NCBI GenBank assembly: GCA_964016885.1
Contig: OZ024743.1
Location: 349,370,001 to 349,434,000, forward strand
Length of the DNA: 64,000 nt
Source: Eledone cirrhosa
Taxonomy: Eukaryota
Direction: 5' to 3'
Shown: in pieces, positions 12,916-27,150 of the stretch
How positions within the stretch are numbered: position 1 is the first letter of the stretch
How the letters are laid out: each line of letters starts with the position of its first letter
Translations under genes and position numbers: made by a program
Notes under the pieces: model-generated
Told to the model about the DNA's origin: nothing
Database searches by the model: none
What the model saw: the letters and a program-made list of their open reading frames with translations, nothing else

Positions 12916-14879
12916 TTTGACATTGTTTTAGTTTTTGTAGTTATTTTTTTCCATGGTCTGATTCTTGTTAATAATTATCTTGAAATTTCTGTTATTACTG
13001 CATGAACATGTTTTTTTGTTGCTACTGTTGTTTTTGATTTTGCTGCTGCTACTGCTACTGCAATTCTTGTTGCCGTAGCTGTACATAATTTTTCTACATC
13101 CCACATGAATATTATTTCATATAACAGCAATATCAACATGTTATAGGAAATGTTATGAAGCATTTGTAGCTGTTGCAGTTCCTGATCACGAACTTGATGA
13201 TAATGATGATGAGGATGTTGATGATTATGATGCTCCTCATAGTATGAAAGATGATGTATATGATGATAATTTTGATGTAGTAATACTATTGAGTCTGTTA
13301 TTAATGTTGTAGCTATGAACATTGGAAATGTTCTCCATCCAATTCATGTGATTGTTCTTGCTGTTATAGATAAAACTAAGGTACAGCTAGCTAAAAGGAC
13401 TCGGGCATGTGTGTGGAATTCAAAGTTTCTTTTCGGGGCTAATTGGCTTACGTTCGATCCCTCTACATGACAGTACATTGAGCATGTGTGTTCCACCATA
13501 GATTCAAGTGGACTAAATTCATATTAGTGAAATCTGGTCGACGCAAACAGGATGGAGACCATCGGAAGGTTTGCTCTTCTTATTTGGTCACAGATATCTT
13601 TGGCCTAGTTTATCACTTCAGCTTCGCATAAAATAAAGTACCAGTAACGCATTGGTGTCGATTTAATCGACTTTCCAAATTTGTTGGCCTTGCACATAAA
13701 TCAGAAATCATTATTAAAAGGCATGTTATTTCGTGGGATATTGAACTCTATTTCCATACGTCACTTTATGAAGCACTGACTTACAGAAATCGCAAACTAA
13801 AATATAACTGCAACTCAAGATATTTCTAAATTATGAAATTATTCAAGGTATGAACATGTACTTGAAGTATTGACTGTTCAAATCTTTCAAAGGATGACAT
13901 AATAAAGGTCAATTTCGTATTCATATAACGCATCCTAGATTTTAATTGAAAGATAACAGAAGACCAGCACTAAAACTTGCTTTCTCGTTCTTCCTCCGGA
14001 TTTAGAGAATGGTTTGTTTTAGGAAAATCCCTCCAGCTTCACGATATATAGTGCCCTGCATGTGTAAGCAGCATCGTATTGTATCGCTACGAAATCGAGC
14101 CAGTCAAGAAATATGTGGTAGTCACTTGTCCTTCCACAAATAACAGCCAAATTTCCTTTAAATCCTCTCATTAAAAAAGAAAGATTACGAGGTAATATAG
14201 ATTTATATACGCGTCGACTGAAAATAAAAACCGAGATAGGGAATGCTTCAACATTTTTTATAATACATAGGTATATTCAAAACATAAACAGTTAAAACAA
14301 TAATCATTATACCTATAACTATATTATAACTATAGCGAGAAGGGTTTTTTCTTTTAGGGTGTAAAACAAACTGACGAACCGAACCTAAGTAAATAGTAAC
14401 GTTATAAATGTAAGGTATTTCGTAGTCTCAGAAAATAATGAGTTTGACGAAAAGTGAACACGCAAGACATAGGTTTGTAACAATGTACTCTTAACAACTG
14501 TAACACAAGATGTGTCTAACATTAATTTGCTGTGACGAAAGCTAGTATATATTATCAAATCTGTAATTGAAAGTTCAACTCGACAAGGAATATAACTCAA
14601 CACTTACGTTTGTAACTAAACTTTCATCTGATACCAAAAGTTGTGTTTGTGACAGATCAGTCTTATATCCAGCACAAATATTTTGACGTCCATCGATGAA
14701 TGATCGGGGAACTATGCTTTCGTCTTATCTTCCAATATATGTAACTTTGTCCTGTCATGTCTAAGTGTCTAAGTGTGCATACTGAAATCTGATCAAGATG
14801 GAGAGTAGGATACGCAAGCACATTCACATACATATATATATGAATAAATAAACTCATACATACATACACACACATGCAG

Positions 14880-14947
<68 letters not shown>

Positions 14948-15176
14948 ATGCGGCTGTGTGTGTGTGTGTGTACGTATGTATCTGTATGTAATACCAGTTG
15001 CGTAAGTACACGTATTGAATAATAATATTGTTTTTGTTTATATTATCTTCGCTTTTTTTCCGTTCATTGCCAGGAAACGTCTTCACGAACCAAAGTATCG
15101 TCTTCCTGTGTTCCTTCGCTTGCAACGTTTTTCGAAATATTTACTTCTGCGTTCACAGATTGATTTTTTTAGTTTC

Positions 15177-15250
15177 AGAAGATCCCGTTAAGGGTGAAAG
15201 CAGCGATTCTTTGCTTAAAGTTTAATCTGTTATTTTAATAAATATATAAT
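15177..15250 (+). mobile_element. HHR-like short repeat (family C); also 47057-47128 and hairpin 31021-31115
   Basis: cagaaga-TCCC-gttaa-GGGT-GAAA-gcagcgattctttgcttaaagtttaatctgttattttaataaata, then (TA)n; core degenerate. Confidence 0.6.
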
Positions 15251-15334
<84 letters not shown>

Positions 15335-15381
15335 AAATGACAGGAGGCTGGATTTGTGTAAATTCTTGAAAGGTTTATTAT

Positions 15382-15434
15382 ACTATGATCATTTCAATGA
15401 CCGGGTTCCGTATGAATACGGTGATATCATCAGG
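15382..15434 (-). ncRNA. Hammerhead ribozyme motif
   Basis: Minus strand CCTGATGA-tatcaccgtattcatacggaacccggtcatt-GAAA-TGATCA-TA-gt; palindromic stem III. Confidence 0.55.
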
Positions 15435-15989
15435 TATTCGAAATATAATACGTGAATGTAATAGGTAAAATCCATGGGGCTGAAAATCGAGACCCGAGGG
15501 CGACCGCTATTCTGTTCCTGCAACCTCAGCCGGTCGCCCTGGAGTGACGTGGCTAAATTTTATAGTATGCTACTACCGGTCAGATGAACGAAAACAGAAA
15601 GGGATGGGAGCATAAGTTAACGTCGATCCCATGACACAAGGTAAAAGAAAGAAAGAAAGGAAGGAGAGAGATATATATGTGTGTGTGTGTGTGTTTGTGT
15701 GTCTACGTGCGTCTATAGGAACACACACACACTCAACCATACTTCTCCGCGTATCCACACCACACAAAAACACACAGATGTGCGAATCCTCACATACACA
15801 TATACAGCCTCCGGCCTCCGCACGCCCTCTCTCCCCCACACCGTCTGACCCCTCTCCATCCACACGACGCACACACACGTACACCCACACACATACACAC
15901 ACACCACCGTCCGTCCTTCCCGCTCGGACCCCCTGTATCATTCTCCCCTACGCCCATCCACCCACACACCACCATCCCTACACAGCTCA

Positions 15990-16241
15990 CACACTTTCAC
16001 CAACTGTTGCATTTATATGTTTTACCCGCTTTTTAATTTGTCTTCTTTCCCTTTAACTCCCACCCCTTTAATATCTTTCCACCACTCCCCTTCACACCCT
16101 CAGAACTCTTTTCATTCCCACTTTTCTCTCGATGAAGGGCTTATGCCCGAAACTTCGTCCCTCACCCCCCACTTTCAAGCGTGAACCTAATACTAACACT
16201 TTGTACTGCCTCTTCGTTATTGTTTTTGTTTTTTGTTTTAA

Positions 16242-16245
<4 letters not shown>
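15990..16245 (+). mobile_element. PLE pLTR-like element (family D) with HHR at 16129-16160; second copy 29830-30077 (-)
   Basis: tcgatgaa-GGGC-ttat-GCCC-GAAAC-ttcgtc; shared flanks (cactttcaagcgtgaacctaatac, ttattgtttttgttttttgtt) end in (TA)n. Confidence 0.7.
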
Positions 16246-16289
<44 letters not shown>

Positions 16290-16309
16290 AAAAAATGGGG
16301 AGAAGAATA

Positions 16310-17395
16310 CTGCAGGTTGCACATGGATAACATGTTATAAAATGAGTCCCTCATCAGTGATTTGCCAACGATCATAGATATTTCATTGCATTAAAAATCA
16401 TATACCTCACGTTGGTGCAATAATAACTAAATTAAGTTATTAGGACAATTAAAACGCGTAAAGCGAGTGAGACAAGTAAACAACAAAGAGAAAAGCTAAC
16501 CGTAGATAGGAAGAGGCACAAGCTACATAGTTATTCTGTCAGCATAAGCTGGGTGAATATATGAGCGCGTAGAAAATAGACCTTTCGAGATGAATTCAAT
16601 GTAAGAAAGAAGGAAATTGTTTTCGTCGCGAACGGGGTGAAGTGAGAAGGGGAGAAACAGTGAGTGAGTGAGTGGAAGTGTGAGGAAGAGGTCAGTAGAG
16701 AGAAAGTGTTAACTGACATGACAGAGGGGGCGAAAGAAAGTAAGAGAAACAGAGAGAACGAGGGAGCAGTAAGAGAGAGAGAGAGAAAAAGAGAATTATA
16801 TATATATACAGGAATGAAAAATGGCGTGCTGCGTTGTTGCGAATGTGATACATATGAATTAAAAAATAGACCTAGAAGTCAGGTATCACATTCGCAACAA
16901 CGCAGCACGCCATTTTTCATTTCTATAATTTTGCCTTCGCTGTGACCTGTCTTTTTCTCTTCCCTTACTGCTATCCCTGTACATCTTACTTTCATTCACC
17001 CTCTCTGCTAGTCACCCTCTCTTGGCTAGCCTCTTCCTCACACTTTCACTCACTCACCCTCTGCTACTCACTCTCTGTCACTTCCTCCCGTCTGACCCGA
17101 GTGAAATTCTTCTCTCGCTCACATTTCGCTTGGCTTAGATGTGTCTGTCGTCTTCTCGTCAATGATTCGCTAGATCTTATGTTCACATGTATCACTGATT
17201 TGTTTTCTCCTTTTCCACCTTTTACGTTGCCTCACCATTCTTGTTTGTTTACATGTCTCTCTTTCTCCACCCAATTCTTTTTATACCAATAACTTATTTT
17301 AGTTATTGTTCGGGCTGGGCTGAGGTATCTGATCTTTAATGCAAAGAAATAACTATGATGGCCAGAAGATCACTGATGTTGGATAGTCCTGGCTT
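16310..17395. mobile_element. Inverted pair of ~510-bp non-coding units (family E); same family tandem at 50355-51025
   Basis: tgaaaaatggcgtgctgcgttgttgcgaatgtgatac (16814-16850) is inverted at 16883-16919; homology to 50370-50890. Confidence 0.75.
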
Positions 17396-17399
17396 CTAG

Positions 17400-17514
<115 letters not shown>

Positions 17515-17967
17515 AACAAGTAGGACCCCGACGGCTGAGCACAAGCCGTTTTGACGGCTAATTCTGGACTAAATAAAAATGTTTAGCCTGGTAAATGAAT
17601 AGCCGAACTTCTCAGGGGGTAATTCCATATATGGTAAATGTGATTGTCACAAGGATTGGTCAAAAGTATGTTGTTAAGACATATTATTCTATCATGGCAT
17701 TTCACAAAATGCCATGATAGAATCATATGTCTTAACACGAGTATTACATGTGTAAAGCATGAAAACAATCGGTTGGGTGGTTCTCTAATTTTAGTGATCG
17801 GACAGACAGATAGACATACATCATTGTATTCTCTGTTTTATATATATATATATACATACACACACACATACACTCTCTCTCTCTCTCTCACCACACTCTT
17901 TCTCTCACACACATGCATGTATGCTATGTTAGAAACCGGCTCTCGTTGTATTGGTACAAATTTGTAA

Positions 17968-18156
17968 AATAATTGTTTCTACGTTTGGCACAAGGCCAGC
18001 AATTACCCCAGTGCATTACTGGTGCTTTATTTTATCGACGCCGTAAGGATGAAAGGCAAAGCTAACCTCGGTGGAACTGAACTCAGACCCCAAAGGGCCG
18101 CAACTCTATGCTGCAAAGCATGGTGTCCAACCCTCTACTGATACTGCCAATCCACC
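17968..18156 (-). mobile_element. SINE family S
   Basis: Full-length reverse-complement match to 59209-59397. Confidence 0.85.
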
Positions 18157-18580
18157 AAGAAAATACAAACATATATATATATACATTTATATATATATAT
18201 ATATCTTTATGTATGTGTGCGTGGGAGGGGGTGTATGTGGTGTATGTGTATGTGCCTGCGTCTGTGTGTCTGTGAATCTATGTAAGTTTATATATATTTT
18301 CACACAGAAAGAAAAATAAATTAATATATATCTACACATGGGCAGTAACGGTATATATAGACATTTATCAGAAATACCAATCTCTATGTTGTGCGCAGAA
18401 ATAATATAATGTTCGTAAACATATCAATATAACAAACTATGCATTCTATAAAGAGAAATTTAAACACTGATATTTACATGAAATATATTTAAAGTGATTT
18501 ATCACATAATCTCATATCCTGAGATAACTTTTAAGATATGGTTACCGCTAGTTGAGAGAAGCAACTATTATTATTATTTT

Positions 18581-21500
18581 GGGGGCGACTGGCATGTGAA
18601 GACGTGTTAGATCCGAAATGTTTGATGTTTTAAGTTGTTTGAAGCTTGATTTGTTGAAATATTTTTATTACAAACTGTAAATAGGGCGCCATACATTGCC
18701 CTCTGAAAAGGCGGCCGCATTATATTTTGGCTAAAAGCTAAAATATATAAAACGCCTTAAAGCGTTTTTAAAAATGGAGGCAACAACACACCTCTCTCCT
18801 TCCAGCCAGCTGTCACCTGACAGCTTCTCACATTCGAGTCTAAAGGTCAACAATTAAGTCACCAACTCTACCATCACCATCATAACAGCAATACAGACAC
18901 TAACTCTACCAACCCTACCAGCACCAACAAAGACTACAGCAATAGCAGCAGCAACAATAACAATAAAGATAACACGAACAGGGAAGTCAAAATTCCTACA
19001 ATAAAAGTACATGAAAATAAATAATCCGCATTACCGGAATCCAACACCGCCACTACCTTCATCATGTCCAGAGCATCAAAACAAAAAGAAACAATAAAAA
19101 CAGCAACAATCCTAGTGCCACCTCCACCACCACTACAGCAACAAAAAGCCCTGACACAAATCAGAGCAGCAATGACAGAAGCAGAAACAACAGCAAGACT
19201 ATGAATAGCAACAACAAATTAAACTGTTAACCGCGTATAGCGACCCGGCGACAAAGCAGAGCGGTGCCCTTCCAATACAACACAGAAGGATCACTCAAAA
19301 TCAGCCGTCTCCTTCGCGGGGTCAACGGAAGTACGGAAACAACTGTAACCGAAAATGAAATATGGGAGGCTAAGCAAATGCTAAATTGTAGGGAATCACA
19401 GACCCTCAACCAGACGAGCTGGAAACGCGCAAGGTTGTACAGAAACATACCGTACAGTTGGAATAATGTCACGCAGAGTGGAGTGCACCATTGAGTTTCC
19501 AATCCAAAAGTTATTGGGTTGCATATGGGAACGCAAAATTTATATCCACCTAGGCAGGCGATTTGGGACAGTGAATGTAGTTTTCAAAACCCCAGAGGAA
19601 GCCACACAACATCCCCCTAAATCACCCAGGAGCGAAGACCTGACTTTGTTGCCAACATATCGAGGCCACAGTTTAGTAAAGATATGAGTGACCCATATGT
19701 TGGCCACAATAACTACCCCCTTGATAGTGATAGCTGTACTCATGGATTTTGAGGACAGCACACAAATTCTAGAAGTAAAGAAAATAAAAATGGAAACATG
19801 GTCAGCTTCTGGGATGGAACTACTGATCCAAACAAACGAAGAAAATATTGAGGCCACCTCGAACATAAGAGACCACGTGGATGGCACCCACTTCCCCGTC
19901 AGTGTAGATGGCAGAAGACCAAAGCACCATACGTTTGGCACAAAAACACACCTGACAAACCATGAAGCAAAGAATATTCTTTTTCCTGCCTTCGCCAAAT
20001 ATCGCACTGGCAGTAACCCAATTATCAGCACCAACAATACAACCATGAAGCTCTCCAATATCAAAACAAATAGCAGCAACAACAGTAGCAGAGGCCCCAC
20101 AACTATCTGCCATGCAAAGGTCAACACCAACACACGCTGCAACAGCCGAAACATAAGACATGACCCTACCAGGCTTGGCGCACACCGACATGGATTGTAG
20201 TCATAAGCGGAAATAGCAAACTATTAATAAAAAGAAAACCCCCAAAACGCATCACAAACATAGTATTCTCAATACCAGCACCAACTTCCACAATACCTTC
20301 CAATCTACCATCACCAACACTACAATCACCAACAACGCCCCGCCCCCACTCCCACCACCTCCTCTATAACAGGCAACAGCAATACAACCACCGCCACCTC
20401 TATAACCAGTATCAACAACATCCCAAACGGAACCAAACTCTCATTAGTAAAAAACAACGGCGGCTGTGTTGTGAAATGCCGATAATAGCTGCTGAGATAA
20501 GAGCGGTTTGGCATTACTTAGTCGGCCTGGTATGGGTGGTGGAGTGGTAGTGCTGTTTGGAAAGGCCTGGATCTCGAGGTAAAGACGATCTTCCTGAATC
20601 CGGACGGTAAGCTGGTGGTCCTGCATGTGAGCAATAGGGAAAATGATGCCTTTCGACTGGAAGACGCCTACGCTCCAACTTGAGCTAGACGGCCGGATTT
20701 CTTCAGGTGTCTGAAAGCCTTCTAGGAACATCTCACACTTTACTGTTAATGAAGGGATCGATTAGTGTATTGGATGCACGCTGGAATTGTGTGTGAGTAG
20801 CAGATAAATGCAGCTGGTTCAAAAGCCTCAAGAACCTGATTAGACAGTTCCAAATATCTGAGAGGTACTGACTAGATTTCCCGAATGCGCCAATTTGAGC
20901 CTAGACAAATCGCAAAGTGTCATCTAGGTTTTTCAGGAGTTTAAGGATAGGTTTTAGACAAATTCAGGCCTGTAACTGCACTAGACATAGAATTTCAGAT
21001 TTTATCCATTGTGTTTGTTACGAAGGTGCCGCTTGTCGGGACCTGGGAGGCACAGTGCAGACCTACACAACCCCGACTAGGTCTACACACGATAAACTTC
21101 ACTTCATGCAATACATCATATAGAGGGTGAGGAGTAAACCAGGCTTTGGTTGGCCTCTGATCAATTTGGATAATCGAAAGCTTTCGATAGGATCGACCAT
21201 CGATACCTCGAGGCTATCCACAAAGGAACCTGTTGCGATCGCGTCTTTAGAGGCTGGATCGATGCAATTCTCAACGGCATCTGGTCGCTGGATAAAGTCA
21301 ACGGTCACTTATTGGAACCATTCTAGATCACCCGTTCGGTCTGCCAAGGGTACCCTCCTGTTCCCTTCTGTACATAATAATCCCCGAGCCATTACTGTGG
21401 AAGCTGGAGCTGTTACAGTGCATTTAGTTCAAATATGATCATGGAAGTAGTGCAACGGCATCTGCGCACGTTTTCCCTGTGAGTGTGTCTAACACCTCGG

Positions 21501-21965
21501 AAATCAATGTGGTCGGAAACGTTTTCGAGGAATATGAAAAGTTGGCAGGAGCAAATACCAACACGCAAAAGTCGGTCGGTTTGCAGCTCAGCACCTGGAG
21601 TGACAAATCCATGTTTTTTCATCAGCGATGTTGGTTGCTGGATAGAAGAACAAGTGATGTGATGTTGTTCTGGGTTTATTTTGGACCAAACCACCAGGTG
21701 GATAAAAACTGGGACCGGGTAACTAGCAGATGTGGGTGCTCTCACCCAGAAATAAGCCGAGAGGTATCTATTCCTGGAAAGTAGAGTGGATATGGCTTTG
21801 CGTTCATCGCACCCCTCATCAATTACAGCAAAACCGTCGTGCCTTCCCCCCATTCACCCCTCGAAAATTGAAGCGCCAGCTATTTAACATTTTGTAGAAG
21901 GGACGGGTTGAATTGGTGAGACGAAAAATTTGCTGACTACACCCTTTATGCGGAGGGCTGAGCAT
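18581..21965 (+). mobile_element. Decayed, internally deleted Tx1-type LINE related to 37644-43547
   Basis: ORF1 remnant RRVECTIEFPIQKLLGCIWERKIYIHLGRRFGTVNVVFKTPEEA vs RRVERASESQIQKALGHVWARKTHIRRGQKYGTVDVFFETPEEA. ORF2 remnants HDKLHFMQYII, LINLD, KSVGLQLSTW, VYFGPNHQVDKNWD. The 5'UTR is similar. Confidence 0.85.
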
Positions 21966-22109
21966 GATGAGAACACGTGTGATCGCCCCTTGCGATACAA
22001 TCTGGCAATTTTGTTTTGGAATTGTCTCCCTTTCCTTATTCGGCGAAGAAAGAGATTGTGAATGAGAGAGCGGGAGAGAAATACTGAGGAAAGTAATATG
22101 TGCTTGAAA

Positions 22110-22160
22110 ATTGTGTTACCTTCATATTATAATCGGGCACCACCGGGTATCTCTGGTAGT

Positions 22161-22206
<46 letters not shown>

Positions 22207-22257
22207 ACTACCAGAGATACCCGGTGGTGCCCGATTATAATATGAAGGTAACACAAT
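22110..22257. repeat. Perfect palindrome, ~52-bp unique arms around a (TA)n centre
   Basis: attgtgttaccttcatattataatcgggcaccaccgggtatctctggtagtct-(ta)n-agactaccagagatacccggtggtgcccgattataatatgaaggtaacacaat. Confidence 0.9.
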
Positions 22258-24540
22258 AAATATATTTTGTGAGTAGGTTTGTGTGCATCTGTATGTGTTT
22301 TTGTGCATGCATCTGTGTGTGTATGTACGACATACACATACACACACATTACAACATCCGTACATCCGAGAGTAAAATTAATGTTTTTAAATTAAATAAT
22401 CGTAATAGAATTTATTCCACGCATTCAACACTCCTTCTACTATAATCATGTTTGTTGTTGAAAGGGTATAATAGAAACATTTAGTAAAAGTTACTTCCAA
22501 TATATTTAACTTTCGAACACTAGAGGGTGTGTATGCCTTCACATTCATAAATACAGCTGTAAAGACAATGTTTTTATCAATGAAATGAAGTTTATCAAAA
22601 TGTGTATTGTTGTTTGGAAACTGTAAGTTTAGATAATTATGTAACCAGCACATAATTTCTCCTCTATTATATAAGTTGTAAGAAGGTTTTGAATGTATGT
22701 AAATCGTAAGTAAACTAGTGACAGAAGACAGAAGATCTGCCGCTAACAAAGCAGACAAATTTGAATAAACTTAATTTACGCATGTTCAAACAACTGGAGT
22801 TTAAAAAAACTTATCCACCAATAATCGACCAATGGGAAACCTTTAATATCCAAAGTTTCTTTGGATATTAAAGGTTTCCATTGGTCTTTCCAATTGCTAA
22901 TACTTTCTATCCGTCGCAACTCCAGGTAGAAGGAGAAACATGAAATAAAGTGTCTTAGACATAACGCATCACCCGCTCTGAGATTCGAGCTCACAACCTC
23001 ACGATTACGAATCTAATTCTCTCTAACCACTCATTCAGCCACACCCCTTTACTATCTTAAACTATTTAGAGGTAAATATTGAGCTTTTAAAATATTTTTT
23101 TTGATACTCGTCGCTGTTACAGCTATGAACAATCGGCAAATAAAAAAGATTCGATCTTTGAAGAATTGTTGTCTTCAAAAAACGGACAAAGGGCGCATCT
23201 GTGTAGGCATAAGTGTTTTCGAGATTCCACTAAGTTTCACTTTAACAAGTTCAACAGGAATTTTTTCTAAATCGATGTAGACACACATATCTGAATTACT
23301 CTCGGATAAGTCATGGGAGTAATATCTATCTGTTTAAATTTACTTTCAAACAGCCAAAAGTAATGTTTTACTTTTGCCGAAGTTTTGACATTTATCATGT
23401 GAAGAGTACATATTATGCAGGTGTTGCTTATCGACTTTCTCTCTCCCTCCCTCTCTCTCTCTCTTTATATATATATATATATTAATTTATATCTCTATAA
23501 AGTTAGCTGTCTCTAATGCCTAGGAATCTCAAATTAATAAACTAATTATCCACTCAGAGAAATATTAGATGTATTTATCCATAAGCCAAAATCTAATTTT
23601 AGTGAGGATACAGGTCAAATCGAATCAATTTTAACTCATATAATGCCCCACCATTGGTTTCTGAAACTCAAGATACAATACCGCGTATTCCAAGGCATTG
23701 GAATAACCAACATTGGAAGACTTGAAGTTTCTTCTTAGGGAGGCTAATTCTTCATAAGTATAAGGGGACAAGTTGAAAATATATCATACATTCCATTTCA
23801 CAGATCTTATGATGAACAATGTGTTGTATCATTGAATTCTAAAGTCCGTCTTAACCTGTTTACGGGTCGATAGGCTGTTGCATATCCTAGTTTTGTGACC
23901 TGAAGCGATTAAGAGTACAATACTCACCACTGGGCAGTACGCCAGTCCATTAGCCGAGTATTCTAGACCAACGTGAAATCCAGTGTTTTGCCGAAGAACA
24001 CTACACACTACACTGAATTTCTGTATAGAGAATATGAAGGGCTTATATCGACGCCAAAGATAGCAGCCCAAAACAGTCTAAATCATCTCAATACATGTTG
24101 GAGCAATCAGTATTAATTCATAACTGTATGAAATTAAATGTCTCTAATACGTAGGCATCTCATGGTTGGGATATTGTATAAGTTAAAATTGACACACACG
24201 CGCACACACATATATATATACATAAATGTATACATACCCTCCTCCCCGCACACACACATATATATATATAAATATAGAGATACAATAAAGATGGTTATAA
24301 TAGTTCCATATATTTTATTATACGTATTTCGAATACAAAATCATCCTGCGACAGATGTTGTGTTCTCTTCAGATAAAAAATAAGGTACAATGATATGAGA
24401 CATAATAGCCCTTGTTTATAGGATAGTGCTAAGTTTCCATATGACAGAAATATATGTGCTAATACTATAGTTCTACCAACTGTTGAGTGCTACATAGCTG
24501 ATATATGCTTACTTTTATTGTTCTACAATATTACTCACCT

Positions 24541-24571
<31 letters not shown>

Positions 24572-24574
24572 TAT

Positions 24575-24645
24575 ATATTTTACACTACTCCGGAGTAACC
24601 AAACCAACCTGCGCACTTCGTCGAGTGCTCCAGCCTGCATACTGA
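24575..24645 (-). repeat. ~70-bp fragment identical (inverted) to 62307-62376, embedded in (TA)n
   Basis: ttttacactactccggagtaaccaaaccaacctgcgcacttcgtcgagtgctccagcctgcatactga. Confidence 0.85.
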
Positions 24646-24803
24646 TATATTTATATATATATATATATATATACCGTTACCATTATATATTTTATTTATT
24701 GATAGATACATTTATGTACATAAATGTGTATACACAAGCACAAACTTACACACACTTGTGCATGTGCTTGTGTATCTCTCTCCCTTTCCCTCTCTCTCTC
24801 TCC

Positions 24804-24839
<36 letters not shown>

Positions 24840-25478
24840 CCCTTTCTGTGTCTCTGTTTGTGTGTACATAAAGAAGACGATGTAAGCTTTGGTAAGAACG
24901 AAATCGAAAAAAAAAAAAGAAATATATCAGAGGGAAAGACATGTTTAATCCGAGATGGCGAAGGAGAGGGAGAAAATAACATATTTTGGATATAAATAAT
25001 ATTGCACATTTCAGGGTGATGTATTTTCAATAAAAAAAATAACAAGCTTAACACGATGTAGTTAGAGATTCCTAACACAACAATTATATAATTTCAACAC
25101 CGAAATATACAGTTTGCTAATGCGATATCGTCTCTAGCTATTTAACTTGCCTCTCGTACAATCTTGTCATTTCAATTTCTTACGTTTCAATCATTGGCCC
25201 CACACATCTACCCACCATCAGTAAATTTTTGATAATTTTTTTTTTAGAACTGTCATTTTAAATTCTGTTTTTGGTTCCGTTGATGTTGGTATTTAAGGTG
25301 GGTTCAAGTAGGTTTGGAATTATCTTTATTTATTTTTATTTTTTCATGAGAGGTGATTTTGAAAGAAAAAAAAATATATATATATCGCATTATGTAGTGT
25401 ACATGAGGAGTGCAACTGATATATATGTATACTATACATACAAAAACACACTCTGAAACACACACATACATACATACA

Positions 25479-25611
<133 letters not shown>

Positions 25612-25934
25612 TAAATGTATCTATGTATGTATGTATTTATATGTACATGAGTATGTGTACATGAGTATGTGTACATGTATGTGTACATGAGTATATGATG
25701 ATAGACTTTAGCAGAATGAAATAGAAAAAAATATGGTTTGGGCTTGGGTCTCAGCAACACAGAGAATTATATGTTTTATTTACCTTTCTTTTCCAGACAC
25801 CTTCTGAAAATGTTCTGTTTCGTTTAACTTAGTGTAGGTGTTTGTATATCCGTATGTCTGAGAGCGTGAATTGATCATTCGTTAGTTTGTTTATATGCAT
25901 TATAGATTTCATTCTAGCTTATCAAATATTCACC

Positions 25935-25968
<34 letters not shown>

Positions 25969-26118
25969 TGTATGTATGTATGTATAGCGTTGTGTCATGA
26001 TCCCGCGAATGTACAGACGGACCTCAAGAGTAACAAGGCTCACGACTTATTACTATTTCGGTTTGAGTAATTTTTATCACGTTCTTCAATTATATATACA
26101 CACATACACGTACACAGA

Positions 26119-26154
<36 letters not shown>

Positions 26155-27074
26155 TATATATATATAGTCATAATTTGGTAAACATATCCAAGGTATAGAG
26201 CAACTCAAGGCCGTAGGATGAGTTTCAATATAATTATTAAGGTCGGTTAATACAGGAGGGAAAACATGGACCGGAGAGAGAATTTGTTCGACTTGTGACG
26301 ATGGACAAGCTTTACTCATATAAAAAAAATAAGGTGTGCACCCAGAGAGAGAGATTTAGGAGAACGATATTTTGTCATGGGGGAACAACTGCTAAGATAC
26401 TAAGAGCTTAGTGGGGAGCCCTAGAAGATAAAAATACATTTGGGGGGAAAAATAAATACCAATATTAAATGTGTTCAGGTCTTTCAAAGATGTTGGTCGA
26501 ATGAGGGCATCGGGAGAAGAATTCTGTTCAATTTATATATGGTGTAGAGCGTTCCAGTGTACTCTACGGGGAAATAACGAAGCGACCTTCAGATATACAA
26601 ATAAAAGAAACACGACAAATTTGGCGAATAAAATATGACAGCTTGAAAAGTAGAACTTCTCCACCAAATGGAAGATAATATTTATTTGTTCTCAAAAAGG
26701 TATTTTTAAATTCTGGGGCTTCACTTTATCTTTTAATAACTTACCGCATGTCTCCTTTCGATGATCAAAATAACAATTATTTCATGAAATTGTCTCCCTT
26801 ATCTCAAATTTATTCCTCCTAACTTTATTACCTCACCCTATGTACGCTCTTCTTATTTTTTAAAGTAAATATTTTCTGGTTCATTTCCATCAGTACAGGT
26901 TGAAACGGTTGGCCCTACAATCCAACAAAATGTACGTTCCTTGTATGGCACCGTTGCAGTAATCGGCATAAATAATTTTATATATATAACAAAACAATTG
27001 GTGTCACTTCGAATCAAGTATGACGGTGATTTATACCACTTTTTCGATAAGACTTGTATGTGGTCATGCAGCCG

Positions 27075-27150
27075 CAAGAGGACGCATACATCCTCATGAC
27101 CCTTACTCCATTGATCTAGCACAATATCCGGGATTTGTTAGCCTGAAGGA
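27075..27150 (+). mobile_element. Possible mariner transposase remnant
   Basis: PHDPYSIDLAQYPGFVSLK resembles the mariner PHPPYSPDLAPSD..F.SLK motif. Confidence 0.4.

Noticed and set aside
25775-25845. Strong splice acceptor tttcttttccag at ~25796
   Set aside because: No convincing downstream donor or coding signal; not enough to call an exon.
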